NCBI GenBank assembly: GCA_049903315.1
Contig: JBNGBT010000001.1
Location: 256,001-320,000, forward strand
Reading direction: 5' to 3'
DNA: 64,000 nt
Source of the DNA: Candidatus Cloacimonadota bacterium
Lineage (GTDB): Bacteria; Cloacimonadota; Cloacimonadia; JGIOTU-2
In this document: positions 29,474 to 39,647 of the stretch, piece after piece
Numbering within the stretch: the first letter of the stretch is position 1
Layout: each line of letters starts with the position of its first letter
Notes under the pieces: generated by a model
The model's database searches: none
Told to the model about the DNA's origin: nothing
What the model saw: only the letters and a program-made list of their open reading frames with translations
Program-made: the position numbers and the translations under genes

Positions 29474-31009
29474 CTACAACTCAAAATCCAATTTCTTTGC
29501 CCACAGCGCTGTCCGATCTCTATTTCTCAGGAAATTATCAGTCATAAATTCACGGTCTATCTCGATAACTTCATCAAATACAACTTCATCATTAATAATT
29601 ACTTTTACAGGATTATCAAAATTTACCATATCGGGATGCAGGAAAAGTGCCAGTTTTTTTACTCGCGATGTTTCTAGTACAAACTCATTCCCAAAATATT
29701 TTGCCTGCACTGCACCCGAAGGTTCGGAATAGACGATCGCATCATAATAAGTAGTGTCCGGGAATTGACCATAAAGTCTGATCTCTTCATCGTATCTTTT
29801 CACAGTAAGACTGACTGAATCTCCGCGGTGCTTGAAGGTTTTCAGACTATCCATCTCATCTAGAGAATGAATCGTAATTCCATCCATTTTTATGATAAGA
29901 TCCTGCTGCTGAAGTCCCATTTCACGTGCTGTGGTTTCACCGTCGACGAGATTATAAACCATGATGCCGTCGTAATCAAAGTCATCATCTGGAAAGAAGC
30001 CGAAGCTGATACGGTCATCAGGAAGCTGGGTTTGATATTCTTTATGCCAATCTGTAAGTGACATCGTAGAGTCTATTTCGAGGATTTCAAGCCAGTCACA
30101 TTTGCCATAATCCGGCGTCCAGGTTTCCCAGTATATACTCGGCTGGAAAATATTTCTCGGCTGCACCTTCATACTTTCTATCATAATCGGAACTTCTTTT
30201 TCTGCATAATCAAAGGAATGCCCGATTCCGTAGTATTCTTTGTAGAGCATATTGGCTCCTGCATCAACAGCGAGATCCATTAAAAGCCGCGTTCTGCGTG
30301 CTGGATATAGTTGATCTAGGTCGGTATTTATGACATTCGATCTTCTGTTCCTGAGATTCGGTAAATAAGATGGAGTGTTTGTCACTCGTGATCCCACAGA
30401 GAGAAATCCGTTCAGGGGATAGAACGATGCAAAATCATCGGGAGTGCTCAATGCCATATAGAAAGAGCCCGAACCTCCGTCAGAAAATCCGGTTACAAAT
30501 ATTCGATCATCATCAATATTGTAATATGTTTTAAGTGTTCTGATCTGGGTTTGAATATTTCTCACTCCTGCCAGATCCCACCAGGATGTGTCTATATTTC
30601 CAAAGGGGAAAAGCATCAGCCAGTTGTTATCTTCAGCATAATGAATGAAATAGTTTTCTGCTATGATAGCCTCTTCAATTGAATAGAAATCCCTTGTGCT
30701 CACTCCGCCATGGAGATAGACGAGTAACGGCGTCTTTTTTGAGGAATCATAATCGGATGGGATATACAACACATATGGTGCAGCCAAAGTATCATTTATC
30801 TGGTTGTAATAGGTAATGTACACGCCGGTTGAATCCGGTTCTGGATATTCGTTCCATTGAGAGAGGATTGTATAAAGTGAGTCGTCCGAGATAGCGTTGT
30901 CCACAGCATATCTATTGATCATATTTAACCAATTCTCATCCTGGGAAAGCAGCGAGGTTGAAATGCCCAGCAAAATCACTAATAAAATAAGAATTGCATA
31001 TTTTATCAT
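29474..31009 (-). CDS. Secreted alpha/beta-hydrolase (esterase/peptidase-like) with PDZ domain
   Basis: ATG 31009 with GGAG SD and signal peptide. PLLVYLHGG, GFSDGG (GxSxG), GIGHSF; PDZ-like AREMGLQQQDLIIKMDG..GDSVSLTVKR. Confidence 0.8.
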   Translation of the reverse strand: MIKYAILILLVILLGISTSLLSQDENWLNMINRYAVDNAISDDSLYTILSQWNEYPEPDSTGVYITYYNQINDTLAAPYVLYIPSDYDSSKKTPLLVYLHGGVSTRDFYSIEEAIIAENYFIHYAEDNNWLMLFPFGNIDTSWWDLAGVRNIQTQIRTLKTYYNIDDDRIFVTGFSDGGSGSFYMALSTPDDFASFYPLNGFLSVGSRVTNTPSYLPNLRNRRSNVINTDLDQLYPARRTRLLMDLAVDAGANMLYKEYYGIGHSFDYAEKEVPIMIESMKVQPRNIFQPSIYWETWTPDYGKCDWLEILEIDSTMSLTDWHKEYQTQLPDDRISFGFFPDDDFDYDGIMVYNLVDGETTAREMGLQQQDLIIKMDGITIHSLDEMDSLKTFKHRGDSVSLTVKRYDEEIRLYGQFPDTTYYDAIVYSEPSGAVQAKYFGNEFVLETSRVKKLALFLHPDMVNFDNPVKVIINDEVVFDEVIEIDREFMTDNFLRNRDRTALWAKKLDFEL

Positions 31010-31011
31010 TG

Positions 31012-34000
31012 TTACTCCTCTGTCTTTTTTTGCAAGATGTCGTTGATGGTTATACATCTATTCATCATTGAATTTTTTCTGCACATCATGTAATGATCGC
31101 AGTAGGTGCATGGTTTTCCATACAATTCACGTTCCCTGATATTGAAATTTCCGAGTATTACTTTTTCACCATACGTCAGAAGAAACTGCGAAAATTCATC
31201 CCGTAAGACGAGATGTTCTTTATACTCATTACGGCTCTTCCACTTGATCAGGAAACCATCATTTGCAAACTGAATCGTAAATTGATTCTTTGACGTTGCG
31301 ATATCTTTTGTACTCTCATAAACGAATAACGGATCTTTACCATTATAGTGATTTTCAAGAGTGAGCAGATAGACGAGTGGCTGCACATCCCAAAACTCAA
31401 CGATGTCTTTTACTGCGGGAGCTGCACCGGTTTTATAATCACTTGCAAGAATACCTCCATCATGATGTTGAGAAATCTTATCGATGATCCCTCTGAAATG
31501 TAACTTTACAACTTCATTTTTCATTTCAAAGATCTTCCATGAACTAAGACTATGTTCGCCAAAATCCTGTTCGAAAAGCAATGGCGTATATGCTGCAAAG
31601 TTATCAATATTGAATCGAAGCAAGGAGACTAGCAGGTTATTCTCATAACATTCTGTAAGTCCTTCTATGTATGGCGCATAAAGCCGTTGAAGGAAAAGAT
31701 CGTTTTCAAGATGAATATGATTTTTCTGTAATACCTGTTTCAATTGTTTATCAAGCATCGAACATGCATGCTCGAAATTGTTTCTTAGAATGGTAAATCC
31801 ATCGGCTTTGCCAAATTCTTCCAGTGCTTTATGAATATGATTTCCGAGCGATTTTCTCAACTCACCATCTTCATTATATTCTAATGGTTTAATCTTGAGT
31901 ATGTCACGGAATAGGTACTGCATTGGACATTGGATGAGTGTATTCATTCCACTTGCTGAGATCAACACTCTATCCGATCCGTCCGGATTGACCTGTCCCT
32001 TGTATGGTCCAATGTCTTCGCTGAGATAGTCATTATGCCGCTGAAGAACTGGCAGATCGGGATTTTCAATGATCCGCCGCTCACATGTAAGGTAATACTG
32101 GCGTAGTGTTTGCGGAAATGAGGTAGAAATACGCTGTTCTTTTTTGATGTCCATACCTTCTAGAAGGATCGATGGATTAAGCGTATCACCAGTTATATTA
32201 TGACACGGATACGAAAAATAAATCTGTTGGTTTTTACGAATCCAACCATTTAAGAGGAGGGCACTTTTATGCCATTCGTAATGAGGGATTGATTTTGTGA
32301 GGGGATTTTTCTTCGGAGGAACTGGGAAATAATTTTCTGCAAGCCCTGCAACGAAAAGTACTTTTGCTGTTGAGTTATACGATTCAAGATAGCTGATCAC
32401 CTCGACACCTACACCATTTATTGTTCTGGGTAGATTTGAATCTTTGAACTGTTTTTTCAATTCACGCAGGACTTCATCATTCTTGGATGGAAATCCGATT
32501 ACTGAGTATGTATCAAGCGTACGATTGATAATCCTTTGAATACATGAAAAAACAGATGCCAATTTCTCGTCTATCTCGATCAACTGAACGATGCTATGTG
32601 CTTGGAAGAAACTCTCAACCTTATTCCACAGATTAGATAGATCTTCTGATCCGGGTAATAATCTCATCATTGCAATTGCTTCGATGACAGAGTGGATGGT
32701 CTCTCTATATGCTCCAATACCTTGAATTTCAACAACGTCACTAAAGTAGGTGACAGGATTACTTCGTATAAATGCATCAAGTTTGCACAAGTCGTCATTC
32801 GATTGTATAAGCGGATGCAACAGCACGGATGAAAGAGTCTGCCATGTAAGATGTTCGGACGAGAGAATGATAGTTAACAGTCCGATTATAAAGTTCGTCA
32901 GAGGTTGATCAATGAGAGGAATTGGTGCAAAAATCCTATAGGGAATTCCATAAGCAGAAAAAACCTTTTCGATCACCGGTATATACACGTCTATGCTGGA
33001 AATTGCAAGCTGTATTTCAGAGAATTCAATATCCTTGTTCTTCAAATCAAGTATATGTCGGGCAATGCCGGCGATCTCGGTTTTGACAGAGTGGAATGCT
33101 GTACAATAGGTATCAGGGATTTTCTCAGGGATTATTTTCTGCCACACACCTTGAGAATATGGAAAATCTGAAATAAGCGTATTCTTTCCAAAGGAATCCA
33201 TGAAGAAGAAAGCTTTTACTGTTGTTGCGATTTTTCTGATAAGATCAAAATCACGCTCATAGTCCTTGAAGAAGCCATTTATGATAACGATACTATCGGA
33301 AAAATAATCATCTACAACATCAACCATGATTTGAGATTCATAAGCATAATGATATTGCTCTCGAAGACACTCAAAGCATTTGTATATCTCTTCAAACTCG
33401 ACTCGAGAAGATTTGAATGCTTTTTTCTGCTGAAAGTTCTCTTTAAATGCCTGTGCGAGAAGATCAATCGTTCCATCTGAAATTTCGTAATTCTCCGCAG
33501 CTTTTCTAACCAGCATCCTGCTTATCTCAGGAGTAATTTTTTTAAGAGCTGATCCATTCATACGATAAAGCCGCTTCAGTGTCGTGATCTCAATGTTTGG
33601 TGACAGCATCTTCATGGCTGCCAATGATCGAAGCATCTTTTTTGCATGATAGGTAGTCAGATTAATTACCGTCATCGGTTCATCATTGATCTTTTCTATG
33701 ATCTTCGATTCGATTGGAGTTGTCTGTAAATCTGATGGAGTAAAAGGATGTTTCTCTCCAGGAAATATCGCTGCCCAATAATCATCAGAAAAAGGTATTT
33801 CTCTTAATTCATTAAATGAGGAATAATAAATATATGCCTGTGCATCGATATCATATAATTGCTTTACCATCCAGAGGTAGGTCTGAAGCTGGAGAGTATA
33901 CTGCTCATGGAATTGCTTTGTCCGGTCTGTTTTAAAATCTACGACCTTCCACGCATCACCATCATGATAAAGCAGATCGATAATACCATTCACTTCAAGG

Positions 34001-37000
34001 AATAATTCTCTATTGTCCATCCATCCGGAGATCGGATGCTCATGAAAAAGATTTTTGGGATCAATTTGTTCCAGCTTTGAAAATAGTGCTGATGAAGTAA
34101 AATTTCCGAGATGTTTTTTGAGTCGGGATTTTATATCATCAAATGATAGTAGGGGGAATTTATTCTTAACAAATTCTTCTATCTGAGATATATTTTCATT
34201 CCATTTCCACCAGCGATTTTCAATTATTGCATGGAAAATCGAACCAAATGCCTGTCCGATCTCATTTTTTTCTCCATCAGCTTCGTGATCCTGAGGATTC
34301 ACTACATTAACACTGCTCATAATATCATGCGGTGTAACTTGTTGAAATGTATTTTTGGGCTGGACAATTTTGGGTGGATCCCAGGTTTTGGGTTTCTCCT
34401 TTTCATGTATCTCGCGAGTAAGACGTTCATTAAGCACATCAATACTCATCGTAGAAATGTTGAAATGCGGCGGAACGATATAATCACCATTCTCTATCTC
34501 TTCAACTGATTTCGGCAGGTTCATAGGTTGCATTACAAAGGTATTCCACCAGGAATTTTTGCCGAGATTTCCAATATATTCTGCCAGAAGTGCCACGCGA
34601 TATTTTGCACGGGTAACGGCCACGTAGAACATACGCTTGTCCTCGGCTTCCTGCTCGATTCTGTCTTGCTTCTTTATGATCTCAAGAAAATTAGACTTTT
34701 TGGATTCGATCTGTTCTTTGATAGAAATCCCAACTTCGATCATGCCATCCTGAGCAATGCGGCTGTGAAATATGTTCCCTTTCTCTGTTTGAGTTTTGGT
34801 GTCTTTGAGTTCCGGTATAATCACTGCAGGGAATTCCAGTCCCTTTGCTTTATGGATCGTCATTATATGGACTTTTGCAGGTTCCGGAATGTCTGCCTGG
34901 GCGATCTCACTCTTATAACGTATCTGGTATGCGAGGTAGTCATGCAATTCTTGTAAGCTCGAACCTTCGAGCTCAAGTCTGGAAACAAGATGCATGAGTT
35001 TGTCTATATTCGCAAGACGTTGCTTTCCACCTACTTCACTCATATACCCAAGTTCTCTGTGAGCTTCTGAGAGCACTGTATGCAGCAATTCATTAACCGG
35101 AAGGTTCCGCGAAAGTTGTCGCCATTGCCGTATGGTTTGAACAATCCAATTATAAGAATCCACTCGAGACATATAACCGAAGATCGATTCCTTCTCTTTT
35201 TTTAAGCTTCTATTCTTGAAATTATTGATCAGAGTGTCCCGTACTGAGAAGAAGGGGCTACGCAGAAGCCCGGTCAATGCAGTATCGTCGTGGGGATTGA
35301 TCAACACGCTGATGAAATGGAACAAGTCGTAGGCTTCCTGCTGGTTGAACAGATTTCTTTCACCGATGATCTGGAAGGGAATATCCTGCTCTTGAAAAGC
35401 ACGCAAGTACTCATGTATATGAATAAAGTTCCTGAGCAAAACACCTACATGAACCTCTTCATCGATGTGCTGTTCCTCAGCCCATTGAAGGTATTTCTGT
35501 GCCATTAACGCGGCATGTCGGGCTGGAGTATAATCCTTTGAATTCGGATTATTCTCCACGATACTGATTTCACACACAGTTTCTGAACAGACCCCCGCTT
35601 TAGTCCTATTTTCTGGGAAAGTGGTCTCTTCAAAGGATGCTTCGAAGGAATATTCCGGTTGTGTAAAAATCTTACTGAACAATGGGTTGATCACATGGTC
35701 GATATATTTTTTCGAAGATCGGTAGTTATCATTAAAGGCGATCAGGGCACCATCAGTGACTTCTTCGAGTTCATTCTGGGCGACATTCATGACCTCAACA
35801 TCTGCCTGCTGGAAACGGTAGATTGACTGTTTTTTGTCGCCTACAATGAATAATCCCTTTTCGCGAAGGGTACCGTCAGTTTTCTTGGCAACATGTTTTA
35901 TGATTTCCCAGCGAAGATTGTTCGTGTCCTGGAATTCATCAACAAGAATATGTTTAAATTGATAGGAATATTTTTTTCTTACCTGTTCATGCTGCGAAAG
36001 TAATTCTCTTGTTTTGATGATAACGTCATTGAAAGTGAGGTAATTCTTCTTATTTTGAGTCCGCCAGAGAGCGCTTTCGAACTCATCATAAAGTGTTATC
36101 AGATCTTTAAAAACCTTGATGGAGTTGATGTCTTCATTTGAAGGGAAAAATAAAACCTTATCCTCGGGGATAAACTTTGAGAGCTTTTCTATAAGGGCAT
36201 TACCTGAATCTTTAAAACCGCTGTAAATGTCATTGTTGATAAAACTTTTCTTCGTTTGTATGTAGCGTGCATCCGAATAATATTCATTCTTTCCAGAGAG
36301 AAAATAGGGGAGCACTTCAGCCATGAAATACCGCCTTTGTTCGAGCTGAGAGTCCCCTGGAAAGAGTTCTATTTTTTCCCTAAGCTCTGCAAATGTATTT
36401 TTCTCACCATCTTTTACATATTCATGGTAAGAAGTGATATTACGCACTTCGGAAATAAGTAAATTAACATCAAATTCAGGCATGTAATTTGATAACCAGT
36501 GTTGATAAATATCATCTGGAGAAAGTCTTTCTATGAATTCCAGCCAGCTTTCAAGAAAGACTTTCTTTTTATTAAAGTAGTTGAAAAATTGAATGATGCC
36601 GTTTTTGTCAGTAAATTGTAGAATGTGTTTCAATTCAGGACGCAGCGCCTTGCTTTGCTGATTAAGAAAATCGTTAAGGGTTTCCCTGTAGAGTTTTTGG
36701 GCAAGCAGTTCATCCGAGGTTTTAAATTGTGGATCGATATTCAGCAGGTAAGCATTTTCTCTGAGTACGATTCCACAGAACGCATCTATGGTCATGATAT
36801 AGTTCTGTGAGAAGGTTGAGCGGAGCCAGTTCTTGTATTCTTCCGGAGCAGTGTGAATATGTTCTCCAAGAAAAACGCCCTGCTCTTTTAGCTCAGTGAT
36901 TTCTTCACCCTGCAGGAGCACATGAAGGTCTTGATAGATCCTCTTGGACATCTCTGCTGCAGCTTTGTTTGTGAAAGTGATTACAAGAATATTCTTGAAC

Positions 37001-37167
37001 CCGAGCCATTCGCTTTTAGGTTTTTTCAGATTGTGTTTGGTGAATTCGTCGATGATAGCGCAGTAGCGTTTGGAGAGCGCATAGGTCTTTCCTGCGCCTG
37101 CACATGCAGACACGATTTTATTTGTTGAGAGATCCAGTGCTCTTTGTAAAGGTGTTGTTTCTGCCAT
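31012..37167 (-). CDS. Single-chain AddA-AddB (RecBC-like) helicase / double-nuclease fusion, 2051 aa
   Basis: UvrD motifs ACAGAGKT, ITFTNKAAAEM, VDEFQD, VGDKKQSIYRF, NYRS, MTIHKAKGLEF, YVAVTRAK. First PD-(D/E)XK domain GIIDLL..VDFKT..QLQTY. AddB-like half with FVAGLAENYFP, SAS..CPMQY, GIIDKI..DYKTG and CTYCDHYMMC. Confidence 0.88.
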   Translation of the reverse strand: MAETTPLQRALDLSTNKIVSACAGAGKTYALSKRYCAIIDEFTKHNLKKPKSEWLGFKNILVITFTNKAAAEMSKRIYQDLHVLLQGEEITELKEQGVFLGEHIHTAPEEYKNWLRSTFSQNYIMTIDAFCGIVLRENAYLLNIDPQFKTSDELLAQKLYRETLNDFLNQQSKALRPELKHILQFTDKNGIIQFFNYFNKKKVFLESWLEFIERLSPDDIYQHWLSNYMPEFDVNLLISEVRNITSYHEYVKDGEKNTFAELREKIELFPGDSQLEQRRYFMAEVLPYFLSGKNEYYSDARYIQTKKSFINNDIYSGFKDSGNALIEKLSKFIPEDKVLFFPSNEDINSIKVFKDLITLYDEFESALWRTQNKKNYLTFNDVIIKTRELLSQHEQVRKKYSYQFKHILVDEFQDTNNLRWEIIKHVAKKTDGTLREKGLFIVGDKKQSIYRFQQADVEVMNVAQNELEEVTDGALIAFNDNYRSSKKYIDHVINPLFSKIFTQPEYSFEASFEETTFPENRTKAGVCSETVCEISIVENNPNSKDYTPARHAALMAQKYLQWAEEQHIDEEVHVGVLLRNFIHIHEYLRAFQEQDIPFQIIGERNLFNQQEAYDLFHFISVLINPHDDTALTGLLRSPFFSVRDTLINNFKNRSLKKEKESIFGYMSRVDSYNWIVQTIRQWRQLSRNLPVNELLHTVLSEAHRELGYMSEVGGKQRLANIDKLMHLVSRLELEGSSLQELHDYLAYQIRYKSEIAQADIPEPAKVHIMTIHKAKGLEFPAVIIPELKDTKTQTEKGNIFHSRIAQDGMIEVGISIKEQIESKKSNFLEIIKKQDRIEQEAEDKRMFYVAVTRAKYRVALLAEYIGNLGKNSWWNTFVMQPMNLPKSVEEIENGDYIVPPHFNISTMSIDVLNERLTREIHEKEKPKTWDPPKIVQPKNTFQQVTPHDIMSSVNVVNPQDHEADGEKNEIGQAFGSIFHAIIENRWWKWNENISQIEEFVKNKFPLLSFDDIKSRLKKHLGNFTSSALFSKLEQIDPKNLFHEHPISGWMDNRELFLEVNGIIDLLYHDGDAWKVVDFKTDRTKQFHEQYTLQLQTYLWMVKQLYDIDAQAYIYYSSFNELREIPFSDDYWAAIFPGEKHPFTPSDLQTTPIESKIIEKINDEPMTVINLTTYHAKKMLRSLAAMKMLSPNIEITTLKRLYRMNGSALKKITPEISRMLVRKAAENYEISDGTIDLLAQAFKENFQQKKAFKSSRVEFEEIYKCFECLREQYHYAYESQIMVDVVDDYFSDSIVIINGFFKDYERDFDLIRKIATTVKAFFFMDSFGKNTLISDFPYSQGVWQKIIPEKIPDTYCTAFHSVKTEIAGIARHILDLKNKDIEFSEIQLAISSIDVYIPVIEKVFSAYGIPYRIFAPIPLIDQPLTNFIIGLLTIILSSEHLTWQTLSSVLLHPLIQSNDDLCKLDAFIRSNPVTYFSDVVEIQGIGAYRETIHSVIEAIAMMRLLPGSEDLSNLWNKVESFFQAHSIVQLIEIDEKLASVFSCIQRIINRTLDTYSVIGFPSKNDEVLRELKKQFKDSNLPRTINGVGVEVISYLESYNSTAKVLFVAGLAENYFPVPPKKNPLTKSIPHYEWHKSALLLNGWIRKNQQIYFSYPCHNITGDTLNPSILLEGMDIKKEQRISTSFPQTLRQYYLTCERRIIENPDLPVLQRHNDYLSEDIGPYKGQVNPDGSDRVLISASGMNTLIQCPMQYLFRDILKIKPLEYNEDGELRKSLGNHIHKALEEFGKADGFTILRNNFEHACSMLDKQLKQVLQKNHIHLENDLFLQRLYAPYIEGLTECYENNLLVSLLRFNIDNFAAYTPLLFEQDFGEHSLSSWKIFEMKNEVVKLHFRGIIDKISQHHDGGILASDYKTGAAPAVKDIVEFWDVQPLVYLLTLENHYNGKDPLFVYESTKDIATSKNQFTIQFANDGFLIKWKSRNEYKEHLVLRDEFSQFLLTYGEKVILGNFNIRERELYGKPCTYCDHYMMCRKNSMMNRCITINDILQKKTEE

Positions 37168-37241
37168 GTATCTGCTCGCCTGCCTATTGATATATGAAGC
37201 TAAAAAGAGAGAAAAATCTTGGCAATGTTTTTGTGAAAAAG

Positions 37242-37269
37242 TTGACAACATTGTTGTATTTTTTGTCAA
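37242..37269. promoter_or_regulatory. Face-to-face -35 boxes with an operator-like palindrome
   Basis: TTGACA 37242-37247 and TGTCAA 37264-37269; perfect ACAACA-T-TGTTGT at 37245-37257. Confidence 0.45.
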
Positions 37270-37479
37270 TAATATGCCGATGTATGTAATGTAGAATGAA
37301 TATGGATCTTATAACGTTTTTTACGTGTGAATACCTAGTAATGCAATTTTCATTCTTAATTGATTCACAGATTCAGAAAACGCAAGGACTATAATTTGCT
37401 TTAAGTCTTTTATGCGAAAAGTAATTTTTCAATAGGAACGGTTTTACAAAATGAACCCAACGATGGAAAACATACTCAC

Positions 37480-38412
37480 ATGAGTTTACCAATCCCAGAT
37501 CAAGATATTTTACGCAAGCAAGAGCGGGTAGTCCTGCTTACTTTGTTGCTGTCAATGTCTTCCTTCATTCCGATCCTGGTGGTAGCACTGCTCTCGGGTT
37601 CCATGCTGTTACTGAGCGATATGCTCGACTACGGGCGTGTTATCATTAGTAGTCTTCTTGGCTGGCGTATTCTACGGGCAGTTCGCACAGGTCGAATGAA
37701 CGGCTTCGATTATGGAACCGGTAAACTTCAAACTTTGGGTGGTATGTTAGGAGCGACGCTTTATGTGGCAGTTTTGATGATCATGGCAGGCATATCCATC
37801 CGCCACCTGTTTCGCCCGATCCCACTGGTTCAATCATTCACTATTCTGGGAGCCTTGTTTCAACTCGGGGGATTTGCTGTAAGTACCTGGTTATGGGTAC
37901 GCAAACGCAAACTCGCACGAGCGGTATTTTCCCCGGTCATGGAAATGCAATGGCGGGCATCTCGTGCTGGTGCCCTGATGTGTCTGGCGGTTTTTCTGGG
38001 CCTGACCACCACACTGTTGTTACAAAAATATACATGGTCAGTCTATCTTGATCCGTTGTTCGCTCTGGTTTTTATTATATATACAGGAGTATCCTTTCTG
38101 CCAATACTATCAGATGGGATCAATGACTTGCTCGACAAAACCTTGCAGGAGGATCTGCAATTAAAAATTGATCTTCATCTGGCGAAGAATTTTGACGATT
38201 ACTCCGGATTCCATGGTGTTCGCTCCCGTCGTTCGGGTGGAAGGATTTTTATTGAAATCGCATTGAGTTTTCAGCACGATCAACCGGTTGGCAAAGCAGT
38301 AGAAACAATAGATCGTCTATGTCGCGGCATCGAGTCCGATATCCCCGGCAGCCAGGTACACGTAGCATTGTTCCCGATGGAGGAATCTTCCCAAAATGAA
38401 AGAAGCGAATAA
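37480..38412 (+). CDS. Cation diffusion facilitator (CDF) family transporter
   Basis: About six TMs, FDYGTGKLQ, DLLDKTL, C-terminal VRSRRSGGRIFIEI dimerisation domain. Confidence 0.8.
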   Translation: MSLPIPDQDILRKQERVVLLTLLLSMSSFIPILVVALLSGSMLLLSDMLDYGRVIISSLLGWRILRAVRTGRMNGFDYGTGKLQTLGGMLGATLYVAVLMIMAGISIRHLFRPIPLVQSFTILGALFQLGGFAVSTWLWVRKRKLARAVFSPVMEMQWRASRAGALMCLAVFLGLTTTLLLQKYTWSVYLDPLFALVFIIYTGVSFLPILSDGINDLLDKTLQEDLQLKIDLHLAKNFDDYSGFHGVRSRRSGGRIFIEIALSFQHDQPVGKAVETIDRLCRGIESDIPGSQVHVALFPMEESSQNERSE

Positions 38413-38445
38413 AAAAACTGAGATCTCAAACCAAATTACGAAAAA

Positions 38446-39063
38446 ATGATGAGCCTTTTTGTCTTTGAAGCTATCTCAGAAAAGCATCTTGATATTGCTG
38501 CAAGATGTCATCATGATTGGTATGTCCAAGCAGGATATATTACCCAATATCCCAACGGAAAATATCAAGATGAATGGTCTATGCATTCGAAATATTTCCT
38601 GGTTACGGAATCAGGCAATGGAAATAATCTGATGAAAAAGGATGTGATTGGACTTGTTCGATTGATACTTTCGGCACCATTTCCGATCAATGTACACTTT
38701 GAACTGTGGGAACAAGTATGTTCTGAAATCCAAAATATACCGCTGGAAAATCAATGTGAAGTTACTGCATTTTGTTGGGCGCCCAAATGTAGGACAAAAG
38801 CTTTCCCTTATCTCTTACGCGCTATAAGACAATGCACGAAAACGTTGAATAAGTCCTTTGTTTGGGCTTGCCTGGACAAGAGATTAATCCCGATTTTAAA
38901 ATATTATATGATTCCAGTTCACATCTGTGGTGAAACCAGGTTTTATATGGGTTCTGATACTATCCCGCTTCTCACGAAACCATCTGAAATAGTAATATCG
39001 CTTTCAGAAAAAAATCAAGAGCTTTATAAGATAATTGAAAAAGAATTGGACACACTAAAATGA
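38446..39063 (+). CDS. GNAT-fold acyltransferase, FeeM / acyl-homoserine-lactone-synthase-like
   Basis: YVQAGYI..YQDEW..S.YFLV..IGLVRLI..FPI..CEVTAF..YMGSDTIP resemble the FeeM/LuxI-like fold. Confidence 0.6.
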   Translation: MMSLFVFEAISEKHLDIAARCHHDWYVQAGYITQYPNGKYQDEWSMHSKYFLVTESGNGNNLMKKDVIGLVRLILSAPFPINVHFELWEQVCSEIQNIPLENQCEVTAFCWAPKCRTKAFPYLLRAIRQCTKTLNKSFVWACLDKRLIPILKYYMIPVHICGETRFYMGSDTIPLLTKPSEIVISLSEKNQELYKIIEKELDTLK

Positions 39064-39159
39064 ATCAGGATGCATGCAAATTTTAGGCAATGATTTGTGA
39101 AATTATTGACAGCAATAAATTATGAATAATAGAAATTTCAGTTTCAAAAAAATATTAAT

Positions 39160-39630
39160 ATGAAAAAAATCACATTCAAACAAATCGGCATAATCTATTC
39201 ACCCTTTGAAACAAAGGATGATTGCCCGATCCAGAGTGTCTATAGTTCTGATACCAGGGGAACGGTTGAGGTGTACGAACAATTTGCAGAAGGATTGAAA
39301 GATATCGAATCTTTTAGCCATATCATTCTTTTATATGAATTCGACAGGGCTGGTGAAGTTGTGCTTGTACGGCAACCTTTCCTCGATGATGAATCATATG
39401 GAATTTTTGCTTCCAGACATCCCTGCCGTCCAAATGGAATTGCACTATCCGTTGTGAAACTCGTACAACGGGATGGGAATGTGCTCCATGTTCAAGGAAT
39501 TGACGTACTCGATGAAACCCCGCTTATCGATATCAAACCATACTCTCCGAAATTTGATTGTTTCCCGGAAGCGTCTAATGGGTGGCTTGAATCAACATCA
39601 TGGCGGGAAAAACCCGAAGGTCGAGAGTGA
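39160..39630 (+). CDS. tsaA: tRNA (N6-threonylcarbamoyladenosine(37)-N6)-methyltransferase TrmO/TsaA family
   Basis: IGIIYSPF, GLKDIESFSHIILLY.F, GIFASRHPCRPNGIALSVV, DVLDETPLIDIKPY. Confidence 0.9.
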   Translation: MKKITFKQIGIIYSPFETKDDCPIQSVYSSDTRGTVEVYEQFAEGLKDIESFSHIILLYEFDRAGEVVLVRQPFLDDESYGIFASRHPCRPNGIALSVVKLVQRDGNVLHVQGIDVLDETPLIDIKPYSPKFDCFPEASNGWLESTSWREKPEGRE

Positions 39631-39647
39631 TAAGAAAAGGGAGTAAA

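Noticed and set aside
37168..37269. N-terminal extension of the AddAB ORF, and similar extensions at 3668, 9527, 18141, 31057, 46076 and 50158
   Set aside because: Longest-ORF artefacts; downstream ATGs give better SD, signal peptide or domain starts.
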